DNA of 64,000 nucleotides from the human T2T-CHM13v2.0 reference genome, Homo sapiens: NCBI GenBank assembly GCA_009914755.4, contig CP086569.2, positions 17,088,001 to 17,152,000 of the forward strand, read 5' to 3'. Shown piece by piece: positions 62,651 to 64,000 of this stretch (position 1 is its first letter; each line of letters starts with the position of its first letter). The notes under the pieces were generated by a model. It saw only the letters and a program-made list of their open reading frames with translations, ran no database searches and was not told where the DNA came from. The position numbers and the translations under genes were made by a program.

Positions 62651-64000
62651 TTTGTTCTATACTCTTCCTTAGATAGACTATATATTTCTTGAGGCAAATA
62701 ATGCTGTCACAGATTGGTTTGCTCAATAAATTATTTTTTATTGAGACTAAACATTTCAAGGCACAATTTTTCTCCAAAATTTTTTTGAAGATTTGATGTC
62801 ATAAATCAGAATTGAATAGCTTTATCTCCTCCTGCATCACCATCTGTAAACTTTGCTATCTACTGTAGCCTCAGTAATTTCTCTAGGGGTCCTTCTTTAA
62901 TTTTCTTTTTTCTGAACCTATGGCCATTGTCTGAACATCATTTCCTCCATGAGCCTGCACTTCCTAAAATGTTAATCCATAATAACATTTTGAAATTTGA
63001 CATTATACATAGATTTCATTAGAGTTTGCTCTACACCAAACCCAAACTACTTAAAAAACAAATCCAAAAGTACATTTTTGTATCCAAGTGCTCTTTTATT
63101 CCCTGAATAAATTTCACTGGTACAGTCTATGGAAAAATGTGTATCTTGCATGTTTCATATACCTAAGCTTTCAGTTAGTTTTCCTGCAGGCAATCAAAAT
63201 ACAGTTAAGGTTTCCTAGCAATAGGGTGAAATGGGGCACTTAAAGTCATGAAAAACACCACAACCTACCAAGTAACAGAATAAAACTTTGTCAATTCACT
63301 TAGATATTGTGGGTCAGAGTCAGATTCATGTGTTACTTATATAACCTCCTTTTATTTGGGCTGAAAGGCTGTTTCTTATCAAAATAATAAGTGTGATTCA
63401 ATTGTTGTAATTTTTTTGCAAATCTTTTCTGGCTGCTATTTAACATTTTGTTAAAATTGTATCAGTTGTAACAGTGGGATCAATTATAACAATTGCATCA
63501 ATTTTAATAATTGTATCCACTGATACTGATACAGACCCCTTCCAGATACAATGCATACCTCTTCCTGGATTACTATATTGTCAATATGAAAAAGGCTCTT
63601 GAAAATAATCTTTAAAGATAAAATTATACAAACAGCTCAGAATCACTGCCATTTGTAGCCACAGCATGTCTAAGGTTGATTTGATTAGTCAAACTGCAAC
63701 CGTTTCAACTTACAATCTTTAGACCTATGTTCATGACCTGTGTTCATGATAAATTTTGCATAATCATGTTATCTCTTCATTTGATCTAATAAACACTACG
63801 TAATCCTTGCTTTAATTTAACAAAAGGTGCATTTGCATTGCAAATACTTTGAATAATTTGTTTTCTCCTCCTCTTTGGAGAGTGTCCTTTAATCAGTTCT
63901 TCACAATTTGGAAGTATCCACCTCAGAAATGTCTAGAAGACCTGCTTACCTTTTAATGGTATTAAAATTACTCTTCCTTAGCTTAAATTCAATTTTCTGT

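Overview
This window is human or another catarrhine primate genome, not a prokaryotic locus. I see no operons, no prokaryotic promoter/terminator architecture, no CRISPR array, no tRNA or rRNA genes, and no prokaryotic defence or accessory system. It reads as a gene-poor, AT-rich and CpG-depleted region, intergenic or deep intronic, with roughly half of the sequence derived from interspersed repeats. The recognisable content, from the sequence alone: (1) a defective gammaretrovirus-like endogenous retrovirus (HERV, class I/ERV1) provirus on the + strand at about 15985-22708. It has a 5' LTR, a tRNA-complementary primer binding site, a long leader, a gag MA-p12 remnant fused directly to RT (capsid, nucleocapsid and protease deleted), a frameshifted RT-RNaseH-integrase pol, a short env remnant and a 3' LTR reduced to about 75 bp. 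It is flanked by a 4-bp target site duplication (TSD), ACAG, and sits inside an old MIR. (2) A full-length, about 6.13 kb, primate L1 (L1PA-type) on the minus strand at 36421-42553. Its 5'UTR, ORF1 (disrupted) and ORF2 (disrupted) are all recognisable, and it is flanked by a perfect 13-bp TSD. (3) A 5'-truncated L1 3' portion on the + strand at 56435-57696 with a 15-bp TSD carrying one mismatch. (4) About 21 Alu elements plus Alu fragments, several THE1/MST-type MaLR solo LTRs, two MIR fragments, and many microsatellites and minisatellites: (CA)n, (GT)n, (TA)n, a roughly 290-bp (GAAA)n, GATA-rich blocks and a 560-bp block that is almost pure AT. (5) Local structural rearrangements: a tandem duplication at 59.4-60.8 kb whose middle Alu looks like a hybrid of the two flanking Alus, and a pair of 97%-identical 340-bp direct repeats 1.4 kb apart at 6.1/7.5 kb. 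The ORFs in the supplied six-frame track are nearly all translations of Alu, L1, ERV or simple-repeat sequence. I could not support any host protein-coding exon. I find no evidence of a novel biological system. The most interesting features are mobile-element structure and rearrangement signatures.
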